DNA of 63,918 nucleotides, the filler included, from Octopus bimaculoides (lineage: Eukaryota): NCBI RefSeq assembly GCF_001194135.2. It is 7 parts of 7 records of this genome, joined end to end, with 100 filler letters (N's around TTAATTAATTAA, not from the genome) between each part and the next. Parts side by side here need not be neighbours in the genome. Positions count along the whole stretch, not along the records: positions 48,428 to 50,601 come from NC_068981.1; positions 50,702 to 57,834 come from NW_026334348.1; positions 57,935 to 62,799 come from NC_068996.1; 4 more parts are not named here. One strand, written 5' to 3'. The notes under the pieces were generated by a model that saw only the letters and a program-made list of their open reading frames with translations, did no database searches and was not told the origin of the DNA. Every line of letters starts with the position of its first letter. Within the stretch, counting starts at the first letter, position 1. Made by a program: the position numbers and the translations under genes. Positions 48,790-61,215 of this stretch are shown in pieces.

Positions 48790-49730
48790 GAAAATGATGT
48801 TTCAAATAGACTATTTGCAAATGCAACACGAAAAAGGCGAACCCATCAAAGGAACACATTACCATTTCTAGTAACACACAATCCGCATCATCAAGACATT
48901 TTTAACATCGTCAAAACAAATTTGCCAATCATAAAACAAAGTGAGAAATTAATACATTATAACTTATCAAAAACTTACCTTAATCAAAAGGCAATCACAT
49001 AACCTAAAGAAACTGTTAACAAAGACAAAATTCAACATGAACAAACAAGATAAAATATTCACAGTATCCAAGTGTAATGATAACAGATGCGGAACGTGTC
49101 AATACATGTATAGTGGTAGATCCAGCGAAATAAAAGATGCACAGATTTTTGCAAATGCAGATATGAACTCGAAAAGCAGAAATTTGATCTACTGCATTAA
49201 ATGCCCGAATTGCGAGAAACTACACATAGTGAATGCATTATCGGAACGCTCACGAGTCCACAGACAACAAATCCGGAACACCAATGTTTGCCAAATTCCA
49301 TTGAGCGAACATATAGAGACATATGGTCAGAAAATATTTCTAATTTTTCCTTTTCACAAGACACAAGTAAGGTTGGAAGAGAGATGAAAGAAAAACGGTT
49401 TATCAAAATGTTCAAATCTGTTCTGAACGGAAATAAAAACAATAATACAACAACCAGTTAAAAAATATCTCTAACCTGTGAATATAAACAAATTACAGAA
49501 TATCGGTACGCTTCACAAATCGTGGTGTTTAAGTTGTATGCGGATTGGTCGAAACCGTACTCTAAAAATCCAGCTTGTTGAAGCGTTCTAAGAGGTATTA
49601 CAGTTGTCAAGAACTCAACTGTCAGTTAAACACATTTGAAATCTGATGATTACTCTATGTATGAAAGCGCTAATTTAACTTTATGAACATTACAAAATAT
49701 TTTTTTTTACTGTTAAAATGCCATAATAAA
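48790..49730 (+). mobile_element. 5'-truncated Penelope-like element (Neptune-like Cys linker + GIY-YIG) with 3' UTR
   Basis: LPFLVTHNP; KCNDNRCGTCQY; SKSRNLIYCIKCPNC; LSERSRVHRQQI; PLSEHI; IFPFHK. Confidence 0.85.
49639..49676 (+). ncRNA. Minimal type I hammerhead ribozyme (palindromic helix III)
   Basis: AAAT-CTGATGA-TTACTCTATGTAT-GAAA-GCGC-TA-ATTT. Stem I AAAT/ATTT, stem II TAC/GTA, palindrome AGCGCT, predicted cleavage after UA (49672). About 180 nt downstream of the GIY-YIG ORF on the same strand. Confidence 0.85.
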
Positions 49731-49819
49731 AAACGTGAAAACCAGACCATGTTTTAACTTTATTCAATTGATACATACATACATACATACATACATACAT
49801 ACATACATACATACATACC

Positions 49820-50601
49820 AGCATCCCCAGCCACCCATGGCTGAAGCGGCTGACCTATTTACCGAAACCGATATCACTGACCACGAAGAATATGCATCAG
49901 TGAAACACGACCTAAATAATATATTCCATGAACACATTCCATCCGCCTTACAAGACGCCCTTGAAAATAGAGGCTACTCTATCAAAATAAACCGAAGGCC
50001 GAAAGAAATTATATTAAGAGCAATCGACGACATAGGAAGAGATTATCTACAACTATGTAATGAACTCTCGTTCTGGCAGATTAACGCTTGTATATATGCA
50101 TTGGCTGTTGCTACGAAACAATATATGAATGACACACACACTATAAATAAACATAACACAAATGAACATAAAATCATAACCGAGAGAACTGTGCCAGCAT
50201 GCGTTCTGAAAACAGAGAAGAGATTCGCATGATTACGGAAGACCATCAGTCACGTGACAATGCTTATCGCCTGCAAAGAAACAGGCTACTATACTTCCCA
50301 CCAGCAGAGATTAAAGAAAAGGATGGAAGTAATGTTTGGGGACAGTAAGAAAGCAACCCTCAGGTGCAAATTAATCACTCTCAAACAAGAATTGAAGGCT
50401 GTCAGTGAGAGACTCCGATACCAGAAGAGAGTAACTGAACGTAGAAGGATAAACAGAAAGTTTAACCAAAACCAGGCAGTAGTGTATAGAGACATGAGAG
50501 GGAAGACAGTGAGCATTACTGAACCCCCTTCGCAAGATAATGTAGACTCCTTCTGGAGAAAGATCTGGGGAGAAGAGAAGGAGTTTAACCGAAATGCTCT
50601 A
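49820..50601 (+). mobile_element. R4/Dong-like ORF N-terminal/pre-RT fragment ending at a gap
   Basis: LKQELKAVSERLRY..R...RRRINRKFNQNQ..VYR.....PPSQDNVDSFWRKIW...FNRNA. The two track ORFs are in one frame, separated by a single TGA at 50230-50232. Confidence 0.8.
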
Positions 50602-50701
50602 NNNNNNNNNNNNNNNNNNNNNNNNNNNNNNNNNNNNNNNNNNNNTTAATTAATTAANNNNNNNNNNNNNNNNNNNNNNNNNNNNNNNNNNNNNNNNNNN
50701 N

Positions 50702-50925
50702 CGGGTGGCACATAAAAGACACCATTTCGAGCGTCGCCGTTTTCGTGCGGGTGACACGTAAAAGCACCCACTACACTCTCTGAGTGGTTGGCGTTAGGAA
50801 GGGCATCCAGCTGTAGAAACTCTGCCAAATTAGATTGGAACCTGGTGTTGCCATCCGGTTTCACCAGTCCTCAGTCAAATCGTCCAACCCATGCTAGCAT
50901 GGAAGGCGGACGTTAAACGATGATG
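50702..50925 (+). mobile_element. Young SINE family 4 copy
   Basis: Reverse complement of 25848-26085, with a (GAT)n tail. Confidence 0.9.
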
Positions 50926-51417
50926 ATGATATATATATATATATATATATCTATCTATCTATATTTATATTTATATATATATATATTGCCCAAGGTGTTA
51001 TGCAGTGGGACTGAACCCAGAGCCATGTGGTTGGGTAGCAAGCCTCTTACTACAGAGCCACGCTTGTGCCTATATATATATGTGTGTGTGTGTGTGTGCA
51101 AGTGCACACGCACACAATAAATTGTTCTATATATAGTACAGCTCTACACAGTTTATAAATGTATTATAAGAAATAAGTGTAAGAAACACATTTGGAAAGT
51201 ATTTCACTTCATCTTTTAACACTAAAAAACAATATTAATGGTTTTGGACTAATCACCATACTGATGTATAAACACAGATTTCATATATAAAGTGACAACC
51301 ATAGCATGGCCTTAAAGGTGAAAACTATAGTACTGAAGAACATTGATGAAGAGATGAACACACACTGAGTAAAGGCACAACCAAATTTCTACTCAAAATT
51401 TTCAGGTTTATGTCTAA

Positions 51418-52367
51418 CTAGGAGAAATACCCGGCTTTGCCCGGGTTAAAGAGAATAATGAAATCTAAAAACGCCGTTTAGACTACGCAACCCTCAACTG
51501 TTAGTAGCTACGATATCATATTTCTACATTAATAACTCTCCAATCCATGCCAGCATGGAACATAGACATTAAGTGGAATGCCAGTCTCTCATCTAGGAGG
51601 GCCTTGAAATCAATGTTACCAACTGGGGACTATGTGTGTCGTAGTGAGAATAAAAAGACCCAAAGGAAGTCTGCAACGAAATAATTTTACTCAACACTTT
51701 GCAAGTGAATCAGTGGAGGCAAAGATGCATCTCATTTACTTGACAATTTATGCACCACATTTGCAGAAATCACAATGTAAGTATATCTGAAAGGGTAGTC
51801 TTACACTGTTGTACCGNNNNNNNNNNNNNNNNNNNNNNNNNNNNNNNNNNNNNNNNNNNNNNNNNNNNNNNNNNNNNNNNNNNNNNNNNNNNNNNNNNNN
51901 NNNNNNNNNNNNNNNNNNNNNNNNNNNNNNNNNNNNNNNNNNNNNNNNNNNNNNNNNNNNNNNNNNNNNNNNNNNNNNNNNNNNNNNNNNNNNNNNNNNN
52001 NNNNNNNNNNNNNNNNNNNNNNNNNNNNNNNNNNNNNNNNNTCTCTTTCTTTGAAAGTATCTGTCATTACAGTATTGAAATGTGATTGTTTCAGTTAGTA
52101 GAATAGTTTCATTTTTAAAGTGAAAGTATTTGACATGAGTGTTTTTGTTTCACTTTTGACACGTAATACTTAAATAGTGGAGGAGATATTATGTTGCCGT
52201 GGGCTCGAACTCTGCAAGAAGTTAAAATTTTTTTTGACTAAAACACAACTGGAACCCTAAGTAAGGCATCTGTAAAATTTGAATGAAATTGGTTGCGTAG
52301 TTCTCGAGTTTTAGGGATTCACACAGACAGACAGACAGACACACATTCTCATTTTTATATATATAGA
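51418..52367 (-). mobile_element. Non-autonomous Helitron (~950 bp including a gap)
   Basis: Minus strand A|TC start at 52367, (CTGT)n near the 5' end, 3' hairpin ACCCGG-N6-CCGGGT (51429-51446), CTAG|T end at 51418, no TSD. Confidence 0.88.
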
Positions 52368-52980
52368 TATATCTGCTATTCTTTGACAATGCTATCAACA
52401 ATTAATCTATTAAAAATGTTGACTATATTTTCCTGGAGAGGAGGCATGAGCTGAAATATTTAGTGCAGAACACTTTTTAAGTAATTTTATTGTTCCCGAT
52501 ACCAACAACAACTATCTTCCTCTGACTAATTTCTATTTCATTTTTTGAGCCTAATAAATCCTGTGAACTTCAGAAAACATAACAAGGAAATTGTTAAAGA
52601 AAAAGTCAGTAAAAATACATTTAACAGAAATCATATTTCACTAAAATTTAAATATGACTACTATCCCTATTATTATATAATTCTCCTGTTTTTAATTTGG
52701 CAGGCTGGTAAACAAGTTCCATTCCTGCTTTACAGTTGAGTGATTAACAACAGAAAGAGTATCCCACTGTAAAAATTACTGCTCCAATATGCAAATAACC
52801 AAATTTGTAAAAGTATTGCACTGAAGCTAACACAGGAAATGTTTCAGAACTTGAAATATTCACTACCACCCCTGCCATAATTTAGCCAGACACAACAAAA
52901 CTAAAGAAACCAAAGACAAGAAGAGATTTCTGGTTTCCCTTCTCATCTAATTTCATAATAAACAGCAATTCCTCAGAAGA

Positions 52981-53043
<63 letters not shown>

Positions 53044-53361
53044 CATGCATTCTGATGTGAGAACTCATCTCTCACAAGTTCTTCCTTGTTTTCTTTGATA
53101 ATAGACTTTACAAAAGGATTCCCTTTGCCATCCGTTCCTCAAGAGTCAACTTTATTATGATGAAGCAACTTTGTTATAAAAAACAAATGTGTGAAGCTTT
53201 ATTATTTAAGTTTGCCATCTGTCAATAAACATGTGCAACAGCATGCTTCTTACTGAGCAAAACGTCTAGACAGATTCCTTGTTACAAAAACAAAAGAACT
53301 CCCTATAAAGCAAAACGCACAATAAGACACACCATGAATAAACATTTAGCACCTTTTCTAG

Positions 53362-53660
53362 CTTCTATGACATAGGTATAAGAGGAATCAAATGTAGCAT
53401 GCAAGAGGGAAGACTATGTTGGCTTGGACATGTGATGCATATGAATGAGGACAGCTGCATAAAAAAGTGCTGATCACTGAAAGTGGATGGTACCCACAGA
53501 AGAGGAAGACCCAGGAAGATGTGGGATGAAGTGGTAAAGACCGATCTCAGGATGTTGGGTTCACGGAGGAAATGACAATGGACTGAGATGTCTGGCAATA
53601 TGAGATTCTTGAAAAGACCCATCCACATCAGCAAAACTGAGTTCTAAAGCACTGTATGTC
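53362..53660 (+). mobile_element. RTE LINE 3' fragment
   Basis: GRLCWLGHVMHMNEDSCIKKC*SLKVDGT.RRGRPRKMWDEVVKTDL. Confidence 0.85.
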
Positions 53661-53923
53661 CCACCCACAGATAAGAAAACTTCTCATACACCCTACCACA
53701 ACAAACCAAACTACATGTCTAATCTTCCTCACATTTCCACTTGTTTACCTTCCACTCCCCAATCCTATCCTCTTAGCCCTGTCTCATTGCATCATTGCTA
53801 TTTGCTTGCCCTCCTACCTCTACCTGTGTGTTCCACCCACATGTAACAAAACTTTTCACACACCTTACCCAACAAACCAATCTACATCTCTTCCTCACAT
53901 TTCCTTCTTCATACACTGTCTTC

Positions 53924-54070
53924 CTTAACTTAGCGGTTCAGCAAAAGAGACAGATAGAATAAGTACTAGGCTTACAAAGAATAAGTCCTGGGGTCGATTT
54001 GCTCGACTAATGGCGGTGCTCCAGCATGGCCACAGTCAAATGACTGAAACAAGTAAAAGAGTAAAGAGTA
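53924..54070 (+). mobile_element. SINE family 2, 3' part
   Basis: TAGCGGTTCAGCAAAAGAGAC...CTGGGGTCGATTTGCTCGACTA...GACTGAAACAAGTAAAAGAGTA. Confidence 0.9.
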
Positions 54071-56329
54071 CTAGGTGCTTTTTTTCTTTTTTTCATGTGA
54101 CACCAGCACAAGTGAAGTTGCTTTACAACTTCAAAGATTGAGTGCCTAAAGGGTCCCTGTAAATGAAGGAGAATAGAAGAAAGAGAGTGCAATAATTCTA
54201 GGAAGAGGTGATGGGAGTACTAAGAGAGGAAAAGACTGATAGTAGTGAGAAGGTGGTAGGAGAGAGTAACAAGGTAGACATTATTGGAGGAGGTTGTACA
54301 GGAAAAACGGGGGATAAAAAAGGGATTAGTATCAGAGTTAAGTTGAAAAGAAGGGGAAAGACTGGTGAGGCTAACTGTAGGGGTGTCCAGGGCTAATCCA
54401 CATTATAATGGAAAGTATGAGAGAAAGGAAACAGAGAATGAGAGGTACTGCAGTTAAAGAAAAGAGAAATGTGGGGTTATGGGGGAAAGACAATGCCAGA
54501 TAGCTAAGAGGGTATTTGGGTGATGGAAGAGCTGTGGGGGAGAGGATGATGGGAGGTCACATAGTATAACTAACAGAGGTAAAAGTTTGCAATATATGAA
54601 AGGAAACATTAAAGGGTTGACTAGATTTGAAGTTCCTTAACTGTCTAAATAAAAAATTCAAGTATTATGGGCATACAATGATTAGAAAAACAGATTAATA
54701 TCATAAGTTGCTAATTACTTTATTGCTAAAATTTTGCTGGAACAAAGTGAAATAAAGTGGTAAAAATAGAGATTAACAAAGATATAGTATGAAAAGAAAA
54801 CTGACACCATTTCAAAAAACGCGGGAGAAAGAAGGTGAGGTCAAATCCACTCAGTATAAATGCACTATTCAGTAAACTGAATGTACAATAGTTGTAAATA
54901 GCTACTATATTAAACACACATACACAGCTTAAATTGTACACTGAAAGTCTTGTTCCTTATTGATTACACATTATTCTCTTATTATATGCTTCAGATAATT
55001 AATAAATTGCTGTAATTAATATTATGCCATTGCTGTTTGTATTTAAAATTACTGCCTTATATATGATCATTTATCCTGTCTTTACACAATACCTTTCACC
55101 TCTTATGACATCTTAAGTAAACATCACACTATTGAACATCTAACAAACAGTTGACTCTACATATCAAATAACATGTAGTTCATTTGGATCTAATGTTGCA
55201 GCTGTTTAGCCCAGGGTCAGCTCTGATCAAAACAGGTTTCAGCCAAGACATTCAATATGATGAAAAATACTCTAGCTATGATCTTTTCATTTATTCAGGC
55301 ATAGTATATCTTGGATTACGTTATTTAATGTCAGTTTTGTCAAGTTGTATAGTGTGATTTGATTGCCATGTAAAAAGAATAAATACCAAGTGCATGTATG
55401 TATAAATTATTGGTACTTTTTGGTTATCTCACCCGCATTAAAAAATTGCCATTAAAAATGAGGTTACCTCCCATATATATAAAAATAAAACCATCGCTTT
55501 TTTCAAGTGAGCTTTATATATGTCTTATTAATTTTTCTTGAGATTAATTTACATTTAGGACATTTTAAGAATATAAATACTATCTTCATAATATAAAACA
55601 AACGTCACAATTTTTAAGATGTGTTGTAGAGTTAAATCTTAATAAATATTCTCTTTTTGAGAAAGCTTTTTCGAAGATATTTCAGTCAGGAAGAGTCCAT
55701 TTGCAAACACACATACACATATATACAGTCCCACTGAGAAGAAGTTGGGTCAATCAGGGCGGTGGCCCAGGTCCATGAGTTTAAGCGGCCCACAAACCGG
55801 ACAAGGAAAAAATTACGAGGGTGTACTTTAAATAAATTAAAAAGAAACGAAGTAAGTAAATGAAAAAAGCTTATCAATGAATTCCCTAGAGAGGTAACAG
55901 AAAAGTGAAAGAAATCAAAGAAAATAAATATAAGAACAACCTGAACTGTGACAAGTTACACGAACAACTTCAACAGAAAAGACAAGAAAATAAAGCAATG
56001 GGAATGAAAGGTGTGGTATATACATATATACAGACATATGCATACATACAAACACATATTTACACACACAGGTTGGCATTGGTGAAAAGCTGGTCAGTAT
56101 TTAATCTCCCTAAGTAATGAAATCTGAAGGCAAAATTCTCTCCTTACCAAAGAACATCCTTTTAGGCACAAATACACACACTTAAATAAAAATGCATGCA
56201 TGTATACAAATATATAAATATATAGCTATTGATAGAAAAGACAACAAAAGAAAGAAAGAGACCTCGATATTATGTAAATAGAGGAATTTATCTGTAAAAA
56301 ATATGTGACAATTATTTGGTAGCCATGAT

Positions 56330-57443
56330 AAAACTTTGAGTTTCGGATGCTGGGGTGGGAACTCACGCCAACATCTCTTCAATTATCCGGCTATTGAAAA
56401 TTCTTGTGTAAAATGACTGTTAACCAAAGGGAAATTACTGTGTGGTTGACCGTTATTAAGACAAAAGAGCTATAGACCGCAAAGTAAGGGGAGGTGGTAA
56501 AGGTAAGGGAGTAGAAAAGTCTATAGTGTTCGCGAAAGTGCACCAATCTGTACATTCGCCTATATGTATATACTAAATCACCCTCGCTTGAAACACACAC
56601 ACATGCTCACCCACATACTCACCAAAAACTATACATATATGTACATATACATATATACCCGCATACACACCCACACACACACACGAACTCAACAGCCTCG
56701 CAACCATACACACGCATGCAAAAAAAATCATTGGGCTAAAAGCAAAATACAGAAGAAAGTGTGAAAAGGCTATAATGTTAAAACGCGTCTATATGCGCAT
56801 ATTTTCGCATGCACGCACATGCATCTATATATGCATGTACCCGCACACATTCACAAGCGCGCACATAAGTTTCCATGAATGTGTCTATAGACACACAGGA
56901 AAACAGCAGGGTGGAGGGGAGAAAACAGAAAATATGTGTGGAAAATATAATCATGTAAAAAAAAATATAAAAAATATATAAGAAATCTAAGTAAAAAGCA
57001 TAGAGAGGTAAAAAGCTTATACATAGACGCTATATATAAAGCAAGTCCTATCAGAAAACTCAGGGGGACGAAGAACGTAGCAAATATTTAGCCACATGTG
57101 GACATGATCCGAAAAGTACAGGCCTTGAATTTAAACATGAGCTATCTTTTCCTATCACATAGACCGCACCTTCCGCTGCCACTGGTGTAAGGTTTACACT
57201 TGGCGAAGATTTTCTAATGGATGTTGTAACTGACACCTTTATCTTTTAAAGACCATATATGACTGGATAATTTGGTCGTTTCCTTTTGTCCCAGTGCCTG
57301 AAACTCAAGGTGTGATTATTGAATCTGGCCTTGAAATTATCCTCCGTAAGGCCCGGTCATTTTTCACAGGAATTTTCAATGGCCGGATAACTGAAGAAAT
57401 GTTGGCGGGGGTTCTCACCCCTGCATCTGAAACTCGGAGTTTT
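56330..57443. mobile_element. Non-autonomous TIR element (~90-bp TIRs, ~1.1 kb)
   Basis: 56330-56419 is the reverse complement of 57354-57443 at about 83% (AAAACT..GAGTTTC.GATGC.GGGGTG.GAAC.C.CGCCAACAT.TCTTCA.TTATCCGGC.ATTGAAAATTC). No ORF; no TSD resolved. Confidence 0.7.
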
Positions 57444-57504
57444 GTATATGTATGTATATATGTGTATGTATATATATATCTATATATATTGTTGTTGTTG
57501 TTGT

Positions 57505-57834
57505 TGGCACTACGTCGCGTACAACGTTGAGGGTTCCAGTTGATCTGATCAACGGAACAGCCTGCTCATGAAATTAACTTGCAAGTGGCTGAGCACTCCA
57601 GACACGCGTACCCTTAACGTAGTTCTCGGGGATATTCAGCATGACAGTGTGACAAGGCTGACCCTTTGAATTACAGGCACAACAGAAACAGGAAGTAAGA
57701 ATGAGAGAAAGTTGTAGTGAAAGAGTACAGCAGGGTTCATCACCATCCCCTGCCACAGCCTTGTGGAGCTTTAGGCATTTTCGCTCAATAAACACTCACA
57801 ACACCCGGTCTAGGAATTGAAACCGCGATCCTAT
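57505..57834 (-). mobile_element. SINE family 3, near full length
   Basis: tRNA B-box-like GGTTTCAATTCC at the head next to the gap; (CAA)n tail. Confidence 0.85.
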
Positions 57835-58615
57835 NNNNNNNNNNNNNNNNNNNNNNNNNNNNNNNNNNNNNNNNNNNNTTAATTAATTAANNNNNNNNNN
57901 NNNNNNNNNNNNNNNNNNNNNNNNNNNNNNNNNNGGAGAAATTTGAATTTACTTATTTAACTTGAATTTGACAGTTAAATATATATATATATATATATAT
58001 ATGATTTGTAACCATTAGTCCAGTAAAATTATATTTTGCTTCAGTAATAATTATGGATTAGATATTATACATGCATATATATTCATATACAGATGTGTGT
58101 GTGCTTGTGAGCATGTGTGTGTGTGTGTGATGGATTCCCCTCTTGAAGATGCATGAGCATTCAGCTTTTGCCAAAAAACCTGTTTGTAGTGATCAAAGTT
58201 ATGTGCTGTACATTAGCTCGTTCCCTCCATCAAATCAACATTGCCTGAACAGGTACACGGTGTACCAATGCATCAGATGTTGAAGTAATTGCTGAGCAAT
58301 GTGAGATGAAGTGTTTTGCTCAAGAACACAACGCATCATCCAGTCTATATGTGTGTGTGTGTTTTATGTATACATTCATATATATCTTTTAAATTCATTT
58401 NNNNNNNNNNCTGGCAACGATCTTGCTCAAAAATCCTACGGAGGCCAGTCAGGCGGTTCTGGCAATGGCCACGTATGTATATATGTATGTATGTGTACAG
58501 TTGAGACTAATTATTATAATCATGAATGTTTGCAAATTATTATTGCAACCAACATTAATCAGCTCCAAGCATATTCAGGATATTATCATATCTTCTGATT
58601 AATATTATCAGCCAT

Positions 58616-58827
58616 TAGGTGCAAAGCTGGCAGGATCATTAACATGCCAGGCAAAATATTTAGTGGTATTTCATCCATCTTTACATTCTAAGTTCAAATT
58701 CCACTGAGGTAGACTTTGCCTTTCATGCTTGTGGGGTCACTAAAACAAGTACCAGTTGTACACTGATGTTTGTATCAACTTACCCCACCACCAAAAATTG
58801 TAGATTTTGTGCCAAAATTTGAAAACA
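58616..58827 (+). mobile_element. SINE family 1 copy (diverged)
   Basis: GCTGGCAGGATCATTAAC...AGTTCAAATTCCACTGAGGTAGACTTTGCCTTTCAT...GTGCCAAAATTTGAAA. Confidence 0.75.
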
Positions 58828-60045
58828 ACAGTCAGTCATTTATTGTCGTCTAAATGACTATCCCAAAGTGATCACAAGCACAAGAAACAATGTCATATAT
58901 ATATATATATATATATGTTCATATAATGATATCTCCACAATGTGTTGATGAGATAAACATGTAATCGCTACCAAAATAGCAAGAGATTTCTCCCCAAAGG
59001 TCTAAAGTAGACTCCTTGGTTATATATCAAAAATTTAAATGAGAGTTTTGACACTAATATCCATTATCATTGAAGTTTATTCCTATGTCAACATTTCTGT
59101 ATAACGTTATATTTAACTGTTAAANNNNNNNNNNNNNNNNNNNNNNNNNNNNNNNNNNNNNNNNNNNNNNNNNNNNNNNNNNNNNNNNNNNNNNNNNNNN
59201 NNNNNNNNNNNNNNNNNNNNNNNNNNNNNNNNNNNNNNNNNNNNNNNNNNNNNNNNNNNNNNNNNNNNNNNNNNNNNNNNNNNNNNNNNNNNNNNNNNNN
59301 NNNNNNNNNNNNNNNNNNNNNNNNNNNNNNNNNNNNNNNNNNNNNNNNNNNNNNNNNNNNNNNNNNNNNNNNNNNNNNNNNNNNNNNNNNNNNNNNNNNN
59401 NNNNNNNNNNNNNNNNNNNNNNNNNNNNNNNNNNNNNNNNNNNNNNNNNNNNNNNNNNNNNNNNNNNNNNNNNNNNNNNNNNNNNNNNNNNNNNNNNNNN
59501 NNNNNNNNNNNNNNNNNNNNNNNNNNNNNNNNNNNNNNNNNNNNNNNNNNNNNNNNNNNNNNNNNNNNNNNNNNNNNNNNNNNNNNNNNNNNNNNNNNNN
59601 NNNNNNNNNNNNNNNNNNNNNNNNNNNNNNNNNNNNNNNNNNNNNNNNNNNNNNNNNNNNNNNNNNNNNNNNNNNNNNNNNNNNNNNNNNNNNNNNNNNN
59701 NNNNNNNNNNNNCAAAGTTATGTGCTGTACATTAGCTCGTTCCCTCCATCAAATCAACATTGCCTGAACAGGTACACGGTGTACCAATGCATCAGATGTT
59801 GAAGTAATTGCTGAGCAATGTGAGATGAAGTGTTTTGCTCAAGAACACAACGCATCATCCAGTCTATATGTGTGTGTGTGTTTTATGTATACATTCATAT
59901 ATATCTTTTAAATTCATTTATGATAACGTTAAGGGTATGCAGACAGAGCTCCAATTTCATTGTGCCAGCTACCATATAATGATACTGACTAGTAAGTCAG
60001 TTTTTCAGGGTTGCATCATGATTATACCAATATAATGTAGAATAA

Positions 60046-60408
60046 ATATAACAATAACAATAATTCTAGGATGGAATTTATAAATATTTAATACATTGCT
60101 ACATATGTTTCCACAAGTCACATGATTTTGACATCAGAGTCAGTATCCTTAAGATTAGCACAGTATAGTCTATATTATACATGGGCATTCAGTTGATCAT
60201 CATCATTTATTCATTTCATCAAGTGATACTGATGAAGTGAATCAATAATGATAATCGGACGATAATGATAATTAGATAATATGGACTATACTGTGCTAAT
60301 TCCATGGATACCGATTCTGATGTCAAAATCATGTGATTTGTGAAAATGTGCATAGCAATGTATTAGATATCTATTAATTCCATCCTAGAATTATTGTTAT
60401 TGTTATAT
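60046..60408. repeat. ~360-bp imperfect palindrome (foldback MITE-like)
   Basis: Arms 60046-60178 and 60276-60408 are about 87% complementary; an inner pair at 60209-60221 / 60230-60242. Confidence 0.9.
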
Positions 60409-60537
60409 ATACATCTGTTTATTTTCTCATGTTCCTTCTCAAGCATTAAACTAATACACCTGTTTGTTGTTTACACACCTGTCTTCATCTTTTGTTTTTT
60501 TGTAAATTCTGTATGTATGTGTATATATATATATGTG

Positions 60538-60577
<40 letters not shown>

Positions 60578-61136
60578 NNNNNNNNNNNNNNNNNNNNNNN
60601 NNNNNNNNNNNNNNNNNNNNNNNNNNNNNNNNNNNNNNNNNNNNNNNNNNNNNNNNNNNNNNNNNNNNNNNNNNNNNNNNNNNNNNNNNNNNNNNNNNNN
60701 NNNNNNNNNNNNNNNNNNNNNNNNNNNNNNNNNNNNNNNNNNNNNNNNNNNNNNNNNNNNNNNNNNNNNNNNNNNNNNNNNNNNNNNNNNNNNNNNNNNN
60801 NNNNNNNNNNNNNNNNNNNNNNNNNNNNNNNNNNNNNNNNNNNNNNNNNNNNNNNNNNNNNNNNNNNNNNNNNNNNNNNNNNNNNNNNNNNNNNNNNNNN
60901 NNNNNNNNNNNNNNNNNNNNNNNNNNNNNNNNNNNNNNNNNNNNNNNNNNNNNNNNNNNNNNNNNNNNNNNNNNNNNNNNNNNNNNNNNNNNNNNNNNNN
61001 NNNNNNNNNNNNNNNNNNNNNNNNNNNNNNNNNNNNNNNNNNNNNNNNNNNNNNNNNNNNNNNNNNNNNNNNNNNNNNNNNNNNNNNNNNNNNNNNNNNN
61101 NNNNNNNNNNNNNNNNNNNNNNNNNNNNNNNNNNNN

Positions 61137-61215
61137 CACACCAGTCATGTTAACAAGTTCATCAATTGTTTGGTGACAGTCCTCCAAGATCAGTAAAATT
61201 GATTTAGTTTCATAT
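61137..61215 (-). mobile_element. Mariner N-terminal scrap
   Basis: LILEDCHQTIDELVNMTGV resembles the mariner EDRRxTIxEL...GVS helix-turn-helix. Confidence 0.45.

Noticed and set aside
58194-59919. 207-bp direct repeat (58194-58400 and 59713-59919)
   Set aside because: The copies appear identical and each abuts a gap; most likely a redundant contig end.
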